Origin: Schizochytrium sp. TIO01
Taxonomy: Eukaryota > Protista > Bigyra: Labyrinthulomycetes
Length of the DNA: 64,000 nt
Direction of reading: 5' to 3'
Assembly: GCA_004764695.1 (NCBI GenBank)
Contig: SMSO01000037.1
Coordinates: forward strand, 3,634,747 to 3,698,746
The position numbers and the translations under genes are program-made. The stretch's first letter is position 1. The number at the start of each line of letters is the position of its first letter. Below, piece by piece: positions 23,798 to 34,427 of the stretch. The notes below the pieces were generated by a model. It was not told the origin of the DNA, did no database searches, and saw only the letters and a list, made by a program, of their open reading frames with translations.

Positions 23798-24748
23798 ATG
23801 CAGGAGCACCTTCTTCACGTTTTGGCCGCATTTGGCGCTCTTTACCTCGGTAAGATTGGCCTGAGCCTCTTGTGGTCGCTCTCGCAGTCGCTTCTTTCAG
23901 GTGGAGGCAAGAATCCGACCAAGTATGGCAAGTGGTGTGCTGTCACTGGAGCCACTGATGGCATTGGCAAGGCCTTCTGCCTTGAAATGGCTAAGAAGGG
24001 CATGAACGTCCTTCTTATTAGCCGCACTGAGAGTAAGCTCGTGGAGTGCAGCAAGGAGATCGAAGAGGCTTACCCGAACGTGCAGACCAAGCATCTTGCT
24101 ATCGACTATTCCAACTTTGACCAGGCTGCTCAAGACAAGGTTGCTAAGACATTTCAGGAGCTCGATGGCGGTCTTGGCGTGCTTGTTAACAACGTTGGCA
24201 TGTCTTACCCCTTCCCTCTTTACTTTCACGAACTCTCTGACGAGGATGTTCGTGGACTTCTTGAGCTCAACGTGACCTCAACCACTCTGATGACTCGCCT
24301 TGCGCTCCCAATTATGCTTGCTCAGAAGAAGGGTGCTATCCTTAACATCGGCTCAGCAGCTGGTCTTCACCCCAGTCCGCTTCTCGCTCTTTACAGTGCT
24401 ACCAAAGCCTTTGTTGAATACTTTTCGTACTCCCTTCATACCGAGTATGCCTCGAAAGGTATCGATGTTCAGTGCCACGCACCGCTCTTTATTGTCTCCA
24501 AGCTTTCCAAGTTCAAGAAGCCAAGTGCATTTATTCCGACTGCTGAAGACTATGCGCGAAAGGCCATGACCACCCTTGGTGGTGCTCCCGTGGTTTCTCC
24601 TCACGTACCTCATAAAGTTGCTTCATACCTCATGGATTGCGTGCCTGAGTCCCTCATCCAGTCCTTTTCCCTTAAGTACCATCTCAGCATTCGTGCCAAG
24701 GGCCTCCGCAAGCTGGCTCGCGAGGAGGAGTCCAAGAAGTCCAAGTGA
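23798..24748 (+). CDS. KCR: Very-long-chain 3-oxoacyl-CoA reductase (KCR/HSD17B12-type SDR)
   Basis: N-terminal membrane anchor, VTGATDGIGK, LVNNVG, catalytic YSATK and a C-terminal KKSK ER-retrieval motif. Confidence 0.88.
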   Translation: MQEHLLHVLAAFGALYLGKIGLSLLWSLSQSLLSGGGKNPTKYGKWCAVTGATDGIGKAFCLEMAKKGMNVLLISRTESKLVECSKEIEEAYPNVQTKHLAIDYSNFDQAAQDKVAKTFQELDGGLGVLVNNVGMSYPFPLYFHELSDEDVRGLLELNVTSTTLMTRLALPIMLAQKKGAILNIGSAAGLHPSPLLALYSATKAFVEYFSYSLHTEYASKGIDVQCHAPLFIVSKLSKFKKPSAFIPTAEDYARKAMTTLGGAPVVSPHVPHKVASYLMDCVPESLIQSFSLKYHLSIRAKGLRKLAREEESKKSK

Positions 24749-25762
24749 AGCCAAAGCGAGCTCGATGATGAAGTTGATCATTCCTCTCACGAGCAAACGC
24801 AGTTGTTACCTGTATGATCAGATCACCAAATTTACTTTGCTGAATGACAAAACATGAATAACCCTCTATTTTTCTTTTCCTTTTTTCTGTTAGGGTTGTC
24901 CAAAGAAACAAAAGAACATTTACTGATGATTAAATTCTTATAAGGAAGCAATCTTATGGTGAATAAATACACCTTGTACTTTTTCTACTGTACATCTGAA
25001 TTTTACTTTCCAAACCACTGTTTCGTCGAAGTGGAAATTCTCTCTAAAACTACCATGCGATTTTCGAGGGTTTCTCTTATCCACCTCCCTCTTTCTCCAA
25101 CCAGAACGTTTGATTTCCTACGAATACATGTATCAGAATCAACTAGTCAATTGTTATGCATACTCTGGACTTTCTCCTTGCACCAGTTGCTTATTGTGCG
25201 CTCTCAGGATTTCCTCTACTTGTTCATAGAATATGTCCAGGCCCTATACCTATAGAAAGCGGTTTCCACTTCTCCTCAAAAAAAATTCTTTTTAGTAATG
25301 GTCGTTGCACATTTGTCTATCTAATGGCCTTATTTCAAACATACTTCAATCGATAGTAAGTCACACTCTGTCAAGCACATCAGGGTGTATGTATGCTCTG
25401 TGCCTAGGCTTCGGTCCAACCACGCTATCTTCAGGTATCTATCATGTCCATTTGGTGGCCTCGCTTCTGTTCTAAAATCGACCCTATCAAATACAGCAAA
25501 TTCAAGAAACAAGCTTATTACTAGTAGGCCTATCAGAAAAGAAAAGATCTGGAGCACACACTATAGGCTATTGTATCTTAAAGTGACTTATACATACTCA
25601 CACAGTCGAATAAGGTGGACATAAGTGAGTTATGGCCCAGTAATGCTCTATGGCGGTCGTTGGCGCCGCAAGTCATTCGAATCAACCAAAGTATTCTGAT
25701 CATAAGCAGACTCTCATCAGCAGCGCGGCATCAGGTGTTCTGCGGCGTGAAGATCCACAAAT

Positions 25763-27475
25763 ATGACCTTTAGCTTTGGTGGCAGCAAGGGCGCCACTTC
25801 CGGCGGCTTCAGCTTCGGCAACTCGTCGTCTTCATCCACCTCAGGAGGTGGCGGAGGTTTCTTTGGGGGCAGCTCATCAAGCTCATCTACCGGCGGTGGC
25901 CTCTTTGGTGGCACCCCGTCGGCAGCAAAAACCTCCGAAGGGTCATCAAACTTGTTCGGAAGCACAACACCGGCACCGGCTCAGAGCAGCAGCTTTGGCA
26001 GTACCCCGTCGGGGTCAAGCTTTAGTTTTGGGGGCGCTTCTGAGTCCAAATCCGGGGAGGCCAAATCTGCAGATTCGACTTCGGCGTTCTCTTTTGGAGC
26101 GAGCAATTCGTCGAATACTACTTCAGGATCTTCCGGATCAGGCGCGACGGGAAGTCTGTTTGGAGGAGGTTCCGCTCCTGCTGCAGAGAAGGCGGGATCG
26201 TCGTCATCAACGGGGTTTTCGTTTGGAGGAGGATCCGCTCCTGCTACAGAGCAACCTGCAGAGAAGGCAGGATCGTCGTCATCAACGGGGTTTTCGTTTG
26301 GAGGAGGATCCGCTCCTGCTACAGAGCAACCTGCAGAGAAGGCAGGATCGTCGTCATCAACGGGGTTTTCGTTTGGAGGAGCCAGCGGCACCAGCACCAA
26401 CACTTCAGGTCTTTTTGGAAAATCCTCAACTGAAGAGAACAAACCAGCAGACTCTTCCGCTGCCTCTGGATCTTCTGGAGGTGGCCTCTTTGGCGGTAGT
26501 ACCACTACCACTGACAGCGGGGCCTCGTCTGGAACTGGTGGTCTGTTTGGAGGGTCAACGAATGCAAAGAAAGATGAGGGCGTGAGCTTTGGTGGCGCCT
26601 CCACAAACGCATTTTCAACTTCTTCTTCCTCATCCTCATCTTCTACTTCAGGTGGTCTCTTTGGTGGCAATAGTTCAAAGACTGATAGTAACTCTTCCGG
26701 CTCCGGCAATCTCTTTGGAGGTTCATCCAACGACACAAACAAAGCAAAGGATGAAGGTTCAGCAAACGTTTTTGGCTCCACTTCAAACAATAACAGTGCA
26801 TCAACTGAGCTTGTGCCTGCTGACTCCCAGGCAGATAACCGTAATGCAGCCTCAGCAAGCGCATTACTTGACTTGAATGGCCTTACTATTGAGCAGGTAG
26901 TTACCAAATGGAATCAATCTCTGCAGTCCCATATCGACAGTTTTTCTGAAGCAGCTGACCAGGTCAAGCGTCGTGATGTTCTTCTATTGGAAAACCAAAA
27001 GCGCATCACTCAACTTGCCAAGGAAGCACAGATCCTCAAGTCCTCTCACTCGAACCTAAAGACTGATTTAGACTCAGTCTGCGACTTACAGGTTGATTTG
27101 CACAACTCTCTCGAACAGCTCGAGCGTGAACTAGATAATCTTGAAATGGCCAATGCTGATCGCATCGACAGCAATGTTGACTCCGCCCGTCAGCAAGCAT
27201 ACGAAAAGGCATTTAGCCTCACCACACAACTCGACAATATGTCCTCCCAGATGAAGGAGATTATTGAAAAGCTCAACAAGTCTCATGACACGAACGCCGA
27301 AGTGGAGTCTCCTGAATTTTTTGTCATGCAAATTCTTAATAAGCATTACCTCTCTCTTAACTGGCTCGAGAACACTTCAGCTCAGCTTTCGCGTGAGATC
27401 GACGTTACATCCCGCCAGGTCTCCCGGGTTCAAGAAAACACCCAAGCTTATGCAAGGTCTCTGCATCCTCGCTAA
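25763..27475 (+). CDS. NUP62: Nucleoporin Nup62/Nsp1
   Basis: N-terminal FSFG/LFGG repeats and a C-terminal Nsp1_C-like coiled coil (TIEQVVTKWNQSL...FSEAADQVKRRD...QILNKHYLSLNWLE). Confidence 0.9.
   Translation: MTFSFGGSKGATSGGFSFGNSSSSSTSGGGGGFFGGSSSSSSTGGGLFGGTPSAAKTSEGSSNLFGSTTPAPAQSSSFGSTPSGSSFSFGGASESKSGEAKSADSTSAFSFGASNSSNTTSGSSGSGATGSLFGGGSAPAAEKAGSSSSTGFSFGGGSAPATEQPAEKAGSSSSTGFSFGGGSAPATEQPAEKAGSSSSTGFSFGGASGTSTNTSGLFGKSSTEENKPADSSAASGSSGGGLFGGSTTTTDSGASSGTGGLFGGSTNAKKDEGVSFGGASTNAFSTSSSSSSSSTSGGLFGGNSSKTDSNSSGSGNLFGGSSNDTNKAKDEGSANVFGSTSNNNSASTELVPADSQADNRNAASASALLDLNGLTIEQVVTKWNQSLQSHIDSFSEAADQVKRRDVLLLENQKRITQLAKEAQILKSSHSNLKTDLDSVCDLQVDLHNSLEQLERELDNLEMANADRIDSNVDSARQQAYEKAFSLTTQLDNMSSQMKEIIEKLNKSHDTNAEVESPEFFVMQILNKHYLSLNWLENTSAQLSREIDVTSRQVSRVQENTQAYARSLHPR
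26159..26380 (+). repeat. 75-bp coding tandem repeat in the Nup62 FG region
   Basis: Units start at 26159 (63-bp variant), 26222 and 26297 (identical 75-bp), encoding FGGGSAPATEQPAEKAGSSSSTGFS. Confidence 0.9.
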
Positions 27476-27813
27476 GACTATATTGTGTTGTCATGATTTC
27501 ATCTTAGCCCACCGCCCCCTCAGAAGAAAATCAATAAACAAATGCATCATCAATTATCATAACTTTATGAATACATCAGCAACTCATACTCAACCTCCAT
27601 ATCCATTTCAGTCTCTTTTCATATGATATCATGATTCAATATCCTGCCTTGCAGCACTCTTCACTGAGCATCGGTGCAAGTTGGAGGTGAGATTCATTCA
27701 TACACTATCAGTTTAAAACAGCAAATATTACAGGATTTAAGATGCTCAGAATACACTTCTCGTCTCTTCGTCAAAAAGTTCGAAACTAACTTTAGCCTCC
27801 ATGCTCACTATAC

Positions 27814-29203
27814 TTAATCTCTCTTCCCTTTCGATAAGAATTTAGAATTAAAGATGAGAAACACGCTACACAGGCTCTGCACAATTCCAAGAAATTGAAA
27901 GACCTCCTCAAGCGAATAAACGGAGGTAAGATGCACTCCAAACCAAACCACCAAGTTTAAGGGGACGCGCATAAGTGCTGTAACAGATCCCATAACACCC
28001 ACTGGAATGTGTTCTGCCCGTAAATTAGATGCCCAAGGCTCAAACGCTCCGCAGCAAATTTCGAATAGGCAAAAAGCTGCAAACAACCCGTGCGCAGGAG
28101 ATAAAAACGCCTCGTTTGCTACAGCCCGGCTAGATAAGACAATACTTGCACCAAAACAACTTGCACTTCCTGTTACCAAAAGAATAAAGCCAGTAATAGA
28201 AAGGTTCGCAACACCACGTAGACGATTAAATAGTAGCCCTCCTAAAGAAAGTGCAAGCATCAACGAAGAAAAAAGTAGTTCGATTGGAGCTCTTGCTTTG
28301 CCATTCGATTCTCCAAGTTGAATAAATGAAGGTACCCACATGGCAACAAAGGTGTACATTGACCCTTCAAAACAAATTTGTGAGACTGCAATGATCAAAA
28401 TTGCTGGGTTTCTGACCATTTCTAGGAAGTCGGTACCATAACAACTTTTCTTTCCAGGCTGCTCGTTATGCCCATAATTTTCAGGCCAATATTGTCTGAT
28501 ATATATGCCAGCCGCTGCAGATATAACAAGTGCAAGTCTAAATGGGCCAATCTCGCCAGATACTTGGCGTAAGCCATGTGCCAATACTCCAGCAAGCACT
28601 GCAGATACGCCATTCATAATTGATGCCAAGGAGAACATCCGCGATAGACTTTCCGTGGGCAGTTCTTTTCGTTTATGTTCTGTGATGATCCAGCTTTCAA
28701 AGGCAGAGAATAATAATGCTGTCGAGATTCCGCCAAGGACACGGCCTAAAAGAAGGACTTTCATGTTTGGTATGTGCTCAAGGATCTGGATGATCACCTC
28801 TAACATGCAATAAATAATCATGCCCTGTCTTCGACCATACCTATCAATCCAGGATCCTACAAATGTTCCAGCCAGAGCAGAGGTGAGGAACCCTGTCACG
28901 AAGAGTATACCAACGTCCATTCCATAAGAGTGGTACAGGGTATACATGTTAGTGCCTTGAAGCCAATCTGCCAGACGAATCATGAAGTACATCGCAAGGT
29001 ACTCTTTATGGACTGTGTTAAGCTTATAAGTGAAGTATTTGCTTTCTGGTGATGCTATTTTGGCCTTGCATGATTCGTTTTTTGTAGTGCCTTGGTTTAG
29101 AACGTGGCAGTTTGCTTTTCCACTGTTATAACTTTGCACAAAACTTGGCAAAGGTTAAAGCACTGAGACCACCAAGCCAGCACCAGGCATCGTGGTCGTC
29201 CAT
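27814..29203 (-). CDS. MFSD5: MFS transporter, MFSD5/molybdate-anion transporter (DUF791) family; probable +1 indel near 29150
   Basis: YLAMYFMIRLADWLQG..YTLY..YG, GRVLGGISTALLFSAFESW, FEGSMYTFVAMW and RVPLN. The main frame has no ATG before the first MFS helix. ATG at 29203 (MDDHDAWCWLGGLSALT) is one base out of frame. Confidence 0.8.
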
Positions 29204-29812
29204 AGGCCTCGTCAACTTTACTTCGTCACTACGTTTTTGTCGTTTACGTTGCGAGTTACATTACTTATGATATTTTCGATTAACTAGTTAGTAGAGTTGC
29301 TATCTATGTACCTTATGCAAGAGAGAAGAGAAGCACCTAACAAAAATATATACCTGCTAGTACTACTACTTAGTACCTGTCTCATAGGTACGTGGAAGCG
29401 GAATTCGATATTGCATTACCATCTTACTATTTGCTCCACGTGAGGAAAGTAAATTCAAAAAGTAAAAAGCGAAAAGACTCATTGGCATACGGACGGTTCT
29501 ATATTGATATTTAATTTATAGAGCTTAACACAGCTTTTGTTAAGTCTTAACTACAAAGAATCCCATGTTTATTCGTTCGATTATTGGAAAGTCGTTTAAA
29601 AGCAGGGGCTTTCGCGGCTATAGAAAGACATTAAAAAGGTAAAGCTCCCAAGCATGAAAGAGAAGCGCTGAAGAGCAAAAGTAGAGATTAGTTTGTGATA
29701 GTAATACGAGAATATATTTTTTCTTCAAAATTTCTACTACTCGATCAAGACATATAATAGCAGCAACAAAGCAATAAACTATACCTCACACCATGGACAT
29801 ACGCAAGTTTTG

Positions 29813-32008
29813 TCAGTAATGATACGGGTAAGAGTTGTGCTGAGAAAGCGGATGGAGTGCCGGTGAATTGCTTCGACCATCGCCATGATGGAGGTGGTGA
29901 TGATGCTGAGAGTGGTGGTGGTGATATTGCGAGAGCATGGCAGGGTTTGGAGAGTGCATCTGAGCCTTGTTGAGTGAGCGCATGTGATAGTGCTGAACAG
30001 GGTCGTACATGGAAGATGCCATGCTCAAAGCAGGCGAAAGCGAAGGTGAGGGTGGCGAAGGCGTTACAGGGCGGCTACGTACACGGTCCTGGGGCACCAG
30101 GTTAAGATCCACACAAAGAGATACATGATCAGAAGGGAAACATGTGTTGGGGATGTGGGTATCCTCTGTACCACGCAGGGTCTCCTCATCAGGAATCTTC
30201 ATGACGGCAAGTGGAACTAAGCTACCTGCTGACACGTAGATGTAATCAAGGCAACCACTAAAGTGAGCAGTGTAGTTTGTAGTTTCCGGGTTCTGTCCGT
30301 TGACCATTTCGTACACGCTAGCGAGGTCGAGGTTGTGATTAACATGTGAGAGACCGGGTAAGATGTTCATAGGGTCAATACTCATATCGGGGTGGCTAGG
30401 GTCCACCGAGTCTTGGCTAAGCAACCGCACTACGGCGCTATCCGGGGTGGAGTTGAGATCACCACAGATAACAAGAGATGTGTGAACCTGTTGCTGTGAA
30501 AGTAGGTGGCTAAGCTCCTGAACAAGCGCGAAGGTTTGGAAAAACTTGACATCGCTAAATTCGGGGTCCCAGAAAATGTGTGTGGAGACGACACAGATGC
30601 GCTGTGGACCAGCCTGACGCGCGGACTGTCCCTGCGGGGTGTTAGGGTCGAACCCATCCGGGATTGTTTCGAAGATGGCGACCTGTGCAACGTTATCGCG
30701 GCAGAGGCGGCTAAGGATGCGTTTGGTGCGGTTCTGGTTGTCTAACTGGGAGAGCTCAGGCCGGTGGAAACCGCCTGCAGCAGCGTGACTCATTGCGATG
30801 GAGTTGTATTCAAGTGCTCGTTGTTGGATTAGGTGGAGGCGATTACGCTTGTAAATGATTGCGCAGCCATCGATCTTGCCCTTGCGACCCATGGCCTCGC
30901 GTGTCTTTGACTTGATGATACCGTTGTAACCGTTCTTAGCAAGCTCCGGCACAACATATGAGTCAAAATGGTCAAGCTGCATTTCCTGCAGGCAGATGAC
31001 ATCCGGGGAGTGGTGTCGAAGTTCCTGGAGGATGAGTTGCTTACGGTAGCCCCAGCTCAATGCCCACATGGGAGTGTATGAATACAGCTGTTTGGTTGCG
31101 TATACCTCTGCGAGAATATTGTATGTCATGACGCGGATTACCGCGCCTCCACCCTCCTGTTTGAGATAATTAGCAACGCTCTGCCTCTGGCGCACGATCT
31201 GTGAGAGCACAAGCTCGCGTGCGTACAGTCTCGGGTTTTCGTTGGGAATACCAATTACCACAGCAGTCTCCCTCGATTGTGTTGTCGAAACGCGACCATC
31301 TTCTGCGACCACTGCGCGGCACTCGACGCGAATGACATGGCCCACATCTCCTCGCGTTGGCATGTACATTTTCTGATCCCCGACCTCTACCCACGCCTCG
31401 TCCTCTGTAAATGGTCTCACGCGCCAACCTTTGCATTTATCCCTTGATAGTTCCTCTCCAACAAAATCATCAGCGTCGCCATTCGTCGCGAGAGACCCAA
31501 GCGAGTCTGCAGATGCTGAGTTCACATTAGACTTGGCCAACTTCGAGTTCGCATTGGCAGCTGCACTGCCTTTATTTGAGTCCTTGTCACCGTCGGTGGT
31601 CTTGCCCAAACTAGATAACTGTTCCGTCTCGTCTTCAGGGAGCAGCATGTCTTCTCGTACCGCGCCCCTGGCGGCTGCCCCGATCGTCCTGGCATCTGCA
31701 GCCAGGCATGCTCCTGAGCAATACCTCCGTCCGCTTACCAGCGACTGTATTGCCGCCGTCTCACGCGGCCTCGGGCACCCCGCAAACTCGCAGTTCCGAC
31801 GGGTTACTGAACGGAGCCAGCGATACTCAATCTTCCGCGTGCTGGGAGTCAGAACACCGCCGTCCACGCCTCGAAGCAAAGTATGCGCCGCAAGCTGCAC
31901 GTTTTCGATGGGCTGGTCCAGGCGTACCGTGAGACGCTCCATTGCGTCTTCAGAAGTGCGGATGGGCGGGGGCGCAGGGCGAGGTGGGGAAGAGGAAAGC
32001 GACGCCAT
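29813..32008 (-). CDS. CCR4: CCR4-type deadenylase (EEP superfamily), plant CCR4a/b-like architecture without LRR
   Basis: VMTYNILAEVY, DVICLQE, DGCAI, THIFWDP, ICGDLNS, TNYT..F.GCLDYI and FPSDH. N-terminal Cys cluster (CEFAGC...YCSGAC) and Y.PT..DVGH.IRVEC as in plant CCR4. Confidence 0.88.
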   Translation of the reverse strand: MASLSSSPPRPAPPPIRTSEDAMERLTVRLDQPIENVQLAAHTLLRGVDGGVLTPSTRKIEYRWLRSVTRRNCEFAGCPRPRETAAIQSLVSGRRYCSGACLAADARTIGAAARGAVREDMLLPEDETEQLSSLGKTTDGDKDSNKGSAAANANSKLAKSNVNSASADSLGSLATNGDADDFVGEELSRDKCKGWRVRPFTEDEAWVEVGDQKMYMPTRGDVGHVIRVECRAVVAEDGRVSTTQSRETAVVIGIPNENPRLYARELVLSQIVRQRQSVANYLKQEGGGAVIRVMTYNILAEVYATKQLYSYTPMWALSWGYRKQLILQELRHHSPDVICLQEMQLDHFDSYVVPELAKNGYNGIIKSKTREAMGRKGKIDGCAIIYKRNRLHLIQQRALEYNSIAMSHAAAGGFHRPELSQLDNQNRTKRILSRLCRDNVAQVAIFETIPDGFDPNTPQGQSARQAGPQRICVVSTHIFWDPEFSDVKFFQTFALVQELSHLLSQQQVHTSLVICGDLNSTPDSAVVRLLSQDSVDPSHPDMSIDPMNILPGLSHVNHNLDLASVYEMVNGQNPETTNYTAHFSGCLDYIYVSAGSLVPLAVMKIPDEETLRGTEDTHIPNTCFPSDHVSLCVDLNLVPQDRVRSRPVTPSPPSPSLSPALSMASSMYDPVQHYHMRSLNKAQMHSPNPAMLSQYHHHHSQHHHHLHHGDGRSNSPALHPLSQHNSYPYHY

Positions 32009-32302
32009 TGTGAGAAGATGAAGGGGATGAAGAAGGAGATGAGGGAGTGGGGGATACCGGAGAAGTAGAGGGAGGAGAAGATAGCAAAGTTGCAGAAGAT
32101 AAGCCGGAGAAGACAGAGAAGAAGCTGGAGTTGAAGAAGGCGACAGATACCTCCACGCAGGAGAAGAGGAACACGAGGAGACTCAGAGGAGAAGGGAATA
32201 TAGAAGCGGCGGCGGGAGGCGCCCGCAGCGGCGGGGGCGGCGAATGCGCGCACTCAGAGGCTGGTGTTCTCCGCCGTCTGGTCTTGAGCTTTGCTTTGAT
32301 TT

Positions 32303-32334
<32 letters not shown>

Positions 32335-32573
32335 TTCTTACCTTTGTCACTTGCTTCCTCTCTATATATATACATATCTATCTCTCTCTCTCTCTCTCTC
32401 TCTCTCGCTTAATTAAAAAAGAATACAATCAACAACTAGATGAAGAAGAAGAAGAAGAAGAAGTTGAAGAGCAATGACTAATGACACTCCTACTCACCTA
32501 ACAGGTTTGTTTGTTTGTTCACATTCATGACACGGAGGGACATAACCTGAAGAGCAAAAAGGCGCGAAGAAAG

Positions 32574-32655
32574 AAATGCAATGCAAGACATGCAATGCAA
32601 GAAATGCAATGCAAGAAACGCAATGCAAGAAATGCAATGCAATGCAATGCAAGAA
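32574..32655. repeat. (AATGC/AAGAAATGC)n minisatellite upstream of CCR4, near (CT)n and (GAA)n microsatellites
   Basis: Directly visible. (CT)n at about 32381-32407 and (GAA)n at about 32442-32463. Confidence 0.8.
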
Positions 32656-34427
32656 ACACACACACACACCTGCCACATCTGGGGCTGAAGACGACTCGGT
32701 TTGCGATGACGAAATGTAGACGAAATGTAGATACAGCAAGCATATCTATCTCGATCTGCCTCGCTCTATATCTTTCTCCTCTCTCCTCGATGGCCTTCCT
32801 TCCTCCTCCATTCCCAGCTCTAGCTACACTAGAAGCCGCTTGCTTTCCTTTTAGTCAAAGCTAAGCTAAGCTGCGCCAATTAGTTAGTCCAAATCCATAG
32901 CACCGCATCGCCATCCTAAAGTCAACTTTCCGTGCTTTCTCTTCTTTAAGGCTGGCCTACGCACACTTAGGCGCCTACGCACTGGCTGGTACAACAACTC
33001 GGATGGAATTTAGGCTCTTTACAGCGAAGACAATGCCGACCAAAGTTGTTATCGCCACAGGCAGGTGCCTTTCTGCATGTCTCTGCTGCCTGTCTGTGTC
33101 TGTGTCTACCTGTGTGCCTGCGCAGGGATGTATGATGACGATCTTCGGTCTCCACTTTGCACCTCTCCTTCAGGATGGACGATCTACGCTACACAGTACC
33201 TACGAGGTTACTAAGGAGGCACCAACTGGATAGTCTGTCTGTCTGTCTGTCTGTCTATGTCTATCTATCTATCCTTCCTTTCTCTCTTCTCGTTTTCTGT
33301 TATTTTTTGATGGGAAAATTTCAATCATTCGATCGATCATGGGTGTGCGCCTATGCATGTAATCTACAAGGTTAATTTTAGTGTATTTGGACTGTGAAAG
33401 TGAAGAAGAGGTAGCTAGCTGCGCACTGGACACCCAGGGACTACGAGTTGGGAACAACAGGCTGCAGGCGTAAAGCATGAGCGAAATTTGTTGGACTCCT
33501 TCTTATTTCGAAATTAGTGCGTGGTATATGAAAAAGCACGAGCCGTGGACATCGAACCATGTAGCCAGGAATCAAGCGAGCGCTTTATGAGGCATGAATT
33601 TGCAAACGCAGATTCGCATATGGAGAGGTTGAAAATGAGTCGATGCAGCCATGAAGTATATCATGTTTTAACCTTCTTCTTCTTCTTTTTTAACAAAACA
33701 TATTGATATAGTTGCTCCTTTGTTTTGCTTTGTTTTGCTAATTTAGACCAAACTCCAAGCCAGGCCTTCTAACACATCAGCTTTGGTTTTTACCCATGCA
33801 ACATGACTTATGGGAATGTTATGAGGAAAAAAAAAAATAAATAAAAAAAACTGGAGTTGGCATATTTCTATTCAGTAGAAGTAAAACAGCAATACGTCTT
33901 TGGACACGTCTGCCTCGGAAAGAAGAAACCAAAGACACAGAAAGAAATTCTTGGAATACAAGAAGAAGTAGTTATAGTCAGACAAATTTTCCCCTTGCAG
34001 ACCCTACACACTTCAAAGCATTCAAATGTGAAGATTAGAGACCAAAATTGCAATATCACAATATGATTCACCGCTTGTGTCGCTCTATCTGCTCACTTGC
34101 AGCGCTACAACTAATGTCAAGACAAAAAGTTACAACTTAGCACAAAGCTGCCAGGCAGTAAACACCAAATTATTCTAATTCTGTTTAAGTTTCCCAAATC
34201 TATGCTTCACAGTTTTCTTTTATCGATCAAGATTAATTCAAAATGTCAGAATGAGAAATACAAGTGGAATTACATCACTAGAGTTGGCGCCACAAATTCA
34301 AATAATAATACAAGACTTGTCAGCAGACGAAGTCGAAGGTTTTGTGCAAGTTCCAAGGTATACATTTTAAAAGGACAAAATGAAATAAGCATAAACAAAA
34401 GTGCTACTAAATCAAACAAAAGTCATT

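Noticed and set aside
25776-26907. Long overlapping ORFs (269 aa +, 308 aa -) over Nup62, and similar shadow ORFs over cathepsin, FAHD1, ARPC2, ABCA and the fusion gene
   Set aside because: These are alternate-frame or antisense by-products of codon bias and low complexity, with no recognisable motifs.
27814-29203. MFSD5 molybdate transporter as part of the purine cluster (supplying Mo for xanthine dehydrogenase)
   Set aside because: It is a widespread housekeeping family, 24 kb away, and no xanthine dehydrogenase is in the window. There is no evidence of linkage.
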